Below, one piece after another: positions 60,237 to 64,000 of a stretch of DNA of 64,000 bases. Positions within the stretch are counted from its first letter, which is position 1; each line of letters begins with the position of its first letter. The notes under the pieces are model-generated. The model was not told where the DNA came from. It searched no databases and saw only the letters and a list, made by a program, of their open reading frames with translations. This stretch comes from an uncultured Chloroflexia bacterium (GTDB lineage: Bacteria > Chloroflexota > Limnocylindria > QHBO01). Location: positions 133,422 through 197,421 of the forward strand of contig CAWJIR010000012.1 in assembly GCA_963843015.1 (NCBI GenBank), given 5' to 3'. Made by a program: the position numbers and the translations under genes.

Positions 60237-61161
60237 TCAGGCCGGCTTGGCTTCCGGCTCCACCGATGGCTCGGGCTCGGACGCGGCCCGCGGACGGCCG
60301 GTGACCATGGCCACCACCGCGCCGATGATGACCACCGCCGCGAGCCAGGTCCGCGGTGCCATGGACTCGTTCAGGATCACGACCCCGAGGGCGACCGCGA
60401 CGATGGGGTTCACGTAGGCCGTCGTCGACACCACGCGTGATGGCGGCGTGGTTCAGGAGCCAGATATAGGCCGTGAACGCCACCAGCGACCCGAAGACGA
60501 TCAGGTAGAGGAGCGCCAAGAGCGAATCGGTTGAGAACGCGGCCGGATTCACGGCGGCGAGCTCGCCGCGCACGATCCCGACCAGGAGCATGACGAGGCC
60601 GCCGGCCAGCATCTGCAGCCCGGCACCGGTGAACGGAGACGCGGGTCGTGGCGCGCGCTTCGAGTACACCGAGCCGATGGACCACGAGATGGCCGCACCG
60701 GCGACCAGCGCCAGCCCGAGTGGGTCAATCGGCGGACTGCCCTCGAGCGGAACGACCAGGATCGCCACCCCGGTCGTGCCGGCAACGAGGCCCGCGATGG
60801 TCAGGAGGCTCGGCCGCTCGCGCGCGACGATGGCCTCGAACAGGGCCATCCAGATCGGGGAGGTGGCGACGACGAGGGCCGCAATCCCGGTCGCGATCAG
60901 CTGCTCGCCGAGCACCACCCCGCCGTTCCCGCCGAGCAGGAGGAGGCTGCCGATGACGATGGCCGCTCCCCATTGCGCCCGGCTGGGGCGCTCGAACGGA
61001 CGACCGCGCAGGCGGTGCCACACGACGAGTGCGGCGAGGAGGATGACGCCGGCCAGGGAGTAGCGCACGCCCGCCGCGACGAGCGGGGGCAGGGTCTGAA
61101 CCATGACCGCGATGCCGAGGTAGGTCGACCCCCAGATGACGTAGACGATCCCCAGCGCCAA
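60237..61161 (-). CDS. EamA/DMT-family transporter (frameshift near 60430), paralog of 50140..51167
   Basis: VYVIWGSTYLGIAVMVQTLPPLVAAGVRYSLAG, LIVFGSLVAFTAYIWLL. The C-terminal piece STTAYVNPIVAVALGVVIL is in ORF 60237..60434. Confidence 0.8.
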
Positions 61162-61244
61162 CGGCCACCTTCCATCGGTCGGGCGAATCGGTCGTCAAGG
61201 CCATCGGCGCATTGTGCCGGGGATTCGGCGCTACCATCGGAACC

Positions 61245-61911
61245 GTGAATCCTCGCTCTTCGCATCGGCCTGGGCGTCCTCGCCGTGGTGGCGCTCGTCT
61301 GGTCGTGCTCGCTCGTCCTTCGCGTCGGCCCGTTCGCAGGCGACGATCCCGAGCGCGTCCGCCTCGGCCCAGTGCGTCGGCCGAACCCACGCGCGTCCGC
61401 CGAGCCGTCTGCGACCGGAGAGCGCCGGCGAAACCGTCAGCGCGACCAGCTCGCCGACACCCCCGCCCGACGCCTGGATCTGCGGTGAGCCGCTGACGCT
61501 CGAGGCCAGCGGCAGCGACATCGTCCATACCGCCGACGTCCGGGTTGGCACGCACCCCGGCTTCGACCGGATCACCTTCGAGTACATCGAGGACGACTCG
61601 CCCGGCGTTCGAGATCCGCCCGACTGGTCCGCCGTTCACACAGGATGGGAGCGGGCAGCCGATGACGGTGAACGGGACGAGCTTCATGCAGCTCACCCTG
61701 ACCGCGGCGACCAAGCTGGCGGACGATGGCAGCCTGACGTACACCGGCCCGACGAACTTCGAACCGGGGTTCCCGCAGCTCGTCCAGCTCATCGAGCGGG
61801 GTGATTTCGAGGCGGTGAACTCGTGGTATCTCGGGCTCAACGGAGGCGACTGCATCACGGGCCGCCGTCCTGACGGATCCGAGCCGGATCGTGATCGATG
61901 TCCAGCACTGA
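61245..61911 (+). CDS. AMIN-like-domain lipoprotein (at least 3 frameshifts), paralog of the C-terminal domain of 26098..26924
   Basis: GTG at 61245. Signal/lipobox-like ...LAVVALVWSCS in one frame. ADVRVGTHPGFDRITFEYIEDDSP, YTGPTNFEPGFPQLVQLIERGDFEAVNSWYLGLNGGDCI, and the hand-read end TAAVLTDPSRIVIDVQH*. Confidence 0.65.
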
Positions 61912-63436
61912 GCTCCTGAAGGAGGGGGTCGCCCCCGCCCCACGGGTCGTCGACCCTGCTCTCGCCCGACGAGCAGCCGCGATCCTGGCGGTGGCCGCCG
62001 CGATTCGGCCTGCTCGTCCAGCTCCTGTTCGTCGAAGCGCTGTTGGGCGTCAACTTCCCGATCACGATTGCCGTCCTGCTCGCCGCCGGCTGGTGGGCGC
62101 GGGACCCGGCCGCCCGCGGTCTGGATCGCGCGGACCTGTGGATCGCGCCGGCTGCGGTGCTCCTTGCCGCGTTCGTCGCGATCCGCGGCGACTCCGCGCT
62201 CGTCGCGCTGGATGTGCTGGGGTCGATTGGGCTGGCGGGCCTCGCGCTGGCCAGCTTCGGCGGATTCGCGGTCGTGCGTCGGCCGTTCGAACGCATCCTG
62301 CAGCTGGGAGGCGTCATCGCCGGGTGGGGCATCTTCGGAGGCGCGACCACCATCTCCGACGCGCAGGCCGCGGCGCCGGGTCAGGCCCGTGCGGCCATGT
62401 CGCGCGGGGCTCCGCTGCTGCGCGGCCTCCTCATTGCCGTCCCGCTGGTTCTCATCTTTGCGTTCCTCTTCTCCGCGGCCGACGCCGTGTTCGCCGAGAT
62501 GGCCGGGAACCTGTTCGACTGGGATCTCGATGCCTCGGAGCTCGTGGCGCGCACCGTGACGGCGGTCATCGCGGCGTGGGCGGTCGCCGGGCTGCTGGGC
62601 CTGGTGGCCCTCCGCGATCGGAGCAATGACCCGCCCGGCGACGCCCATGGAGCGGACGCGGCCGCGGATCGGCACGACGGAGTGCCTCGTCGTCCTCGTT
62701 GCCCTGGACGTGCTGTTTGCCGCCTTCGTCGTCATCCAGGCGGCGTACCTGTTCGGCGGGCTGGACACCCTGGCCACGACCGGCATGACCTATGCCGAGT
62801 ACGCGCGTCGCGGATTCTTCGAGCTGCTGGCGGTCGCATTCCTGGTCGCGGGGCTCGTCCTCGGCCTCGAGGCGCGTCGTGACCCGCCGGTCGCGCGCCT
62901 ACGTCATCGCCGCCATCGTCCTGGTGGGTTTGACGATCGTCGTGCTCGGGTCGTCACTGCTGCGGCTGCGGCTGTACCAGGATGCGTACGGCTGGACGGA
63001 GCTGCGCTTCTACGTGCTCGCCGCCATCGGCTGGCTGGCGATCGGTGCGGTCGCGACCATCGTCGCGCTGGCCACGCAGCGAACCCGGTGGCTGCTGCAT
63101 TTCATGGTGATGCTCTCCGTGGCGTTCGGCATCGCCTTCAACCTCATCGGTCCGGTCCACTTCATCGCCGAGCAGAATGTCGCGCGCGCCGTGGATCCCT
63201 CGCTCGTGCCGCCCGGTGGCGAGACCGGACTTGACGTGTACTACCTCTCATCGCTGGGCACCGATGCCGACATCGTGATGGCCGAGGCGCTGCCGGAGCT
63301 CCCCGAGCCGGCACGCTCCGAGGTGGAAGGCGCCCTGTCGCTCACGGCGTCCTCCCTCGCGAACGAGCCGTACGCCGACGCGTGGCAGGGATGGAACTAC
63401 TCCCGCGAGAAGGCCCGCGCCCTGCTGGTCGAGTAG
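61898..63436 (+). CDS. Large polytopic membrane protein (DUF4153/DUF4173-like; at least 3 frameshifts)
   Basis: Pieces are in ORFs 61898.., 62043.., 62626.. and 62792..63436: LGVNFPITIAVLLAAGWW, LLRGLLIAVPLVLIFAFLFSAADAVF, TYAEYARRGFFELLAVAFL, LRLRLYQDAYGWTELRFYVLAAIGW, WQGWNYSREKA. Confidence 0.6.
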
Positions 63437-63474
63437 CATCCCGGGGCACCCGATCCACGACGAGGTATCGCCCC

Positions 63475-63985
63475 ATGCCCCCCACGCCGCCCACTGGTGA
63501 TCTCGACCTCTCACAGTCCTACTCGGCGCGCTTCGTCACCGAGCGCGGCACGTTCGACGTCGAGCTGTTCGCGGCCGATGCGCCGCTGACCGTCGAGAAC
63601 TTCGTGAACCTGGCGCGGGCCGGGTTCTATGACGGCACCACGTTCCATCGGGTCATCCCCGGCTTCATGGCCCAGGGCTGGCGACCCGACCGGAACCGGA
63701 CGCGGCGGGCCGGGCTACCAGTTCGGCGACGAGTTCGGTTCCGCCCGGCGGCACGATGGCGCGGGCGTCCTCTCAATGGCCAATGCCGGCCCCAATACGA
63801 ATGGCAGCCAGTTCTTCATCACCTTCGGACCGACGCCCCATCTCGATGGGAAGCACACGGTCTTCGGCCGGGTCACCGACGGCATGGACGTCGTGACGTC
63901 CATCCGCGAACGGGACCCGTCGCGCGACGCCAATCCCGGAGACCGCATCGAGCGGATCGAGATCACCGCCGCGCCCCGAGGCTGA
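63475..63985 (+). CDS. Peptidyl-prolyl cis-trans isomerase, cyclophilin type (frameshift near 63675)
   Basis: [42 protein letters not shown] continues as [19 protein letters not shown]...[19 protein letters not shown]...[11 protein letters not shown]. Confidence 0.85.
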
Positions 63986-64000
63986 GGGTCAGGCCGCCTC

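Overview
Very GC-rich, Actinomycetota-like chromosomal DNA. I support about 73 protein-coding genes and found no rRNA, tRNA, CRISPR array, transposase, integrase or prophage signature.

Gene content, left to right:
- A DNA-repair operon on the minus strand: lhr, a RibD_C-like gene, DUF1697 and nei.
- A yeast-Fcy1-like cytosine deaminase next to a BMP-type ABC importer, then corA.
- Two adjacent class III nucleotidyl cyclases with unusual N-termini, plus a HEAT-repeat gene.
- A TetR-controlled oxidoreductase/SnoaL cluster.
- An OmpR/HK pair with a C-terminally anchored secreted protein.
- Two ECF sigma modules, each with a downstream membrane protein.
- A third, polytopic-membrane cyclase.
- moaA, a GNAT, and an F420-type LLM oxidoreductase.
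- ltrA, a thiolase, an FAD oxidase plus a potDBC-like importer.
- ECH/HADH/HAD beta-oxidation-type genes and a CGNR regulator.
- A crotonase/EthD/ferredoxin cluster, a DapA-like gene and add.
- A four-subunit 2-oxoacid:ferredoxin oxidoreductase.
- CHRD, EamA, AMIN-like and DUF4153-like envelope genes, and a cyclophilin.

Technical caveat: by my hand count roughly two-thirds of the genes can only be read by switching frame one or more times, and one has an in-frame TAG. Family-typical residues are preserved on both sides of each break. I read this as assembly indel error, not decay. Coordinates for such genes are full spans across the breaks.

Best candidate for something undescribed: a conserved ~85-nt palindromic element present twice, at 14983-15066 and 35470-35556. 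Both copies have the same orientation and lie 75-87 nt upstream of minus-strand start codons, one of which is moaA. A shorter, compensatorily mutated relative sits at 19101-19135.

Other points worth a look:
- A MerR-HTH-cyclase and a zinc-ribbon-cyclase in tandem.
- A kinase-type membrane sensor fused to a cyclase.
- A crotonase with a C-terminal double-CxxC ribbon.
- An SOS-box-like palindrome on a leaderless lhr promoter.
- Tandem TetR operators.
- A GlyGly-type C-terminal sorting tail.
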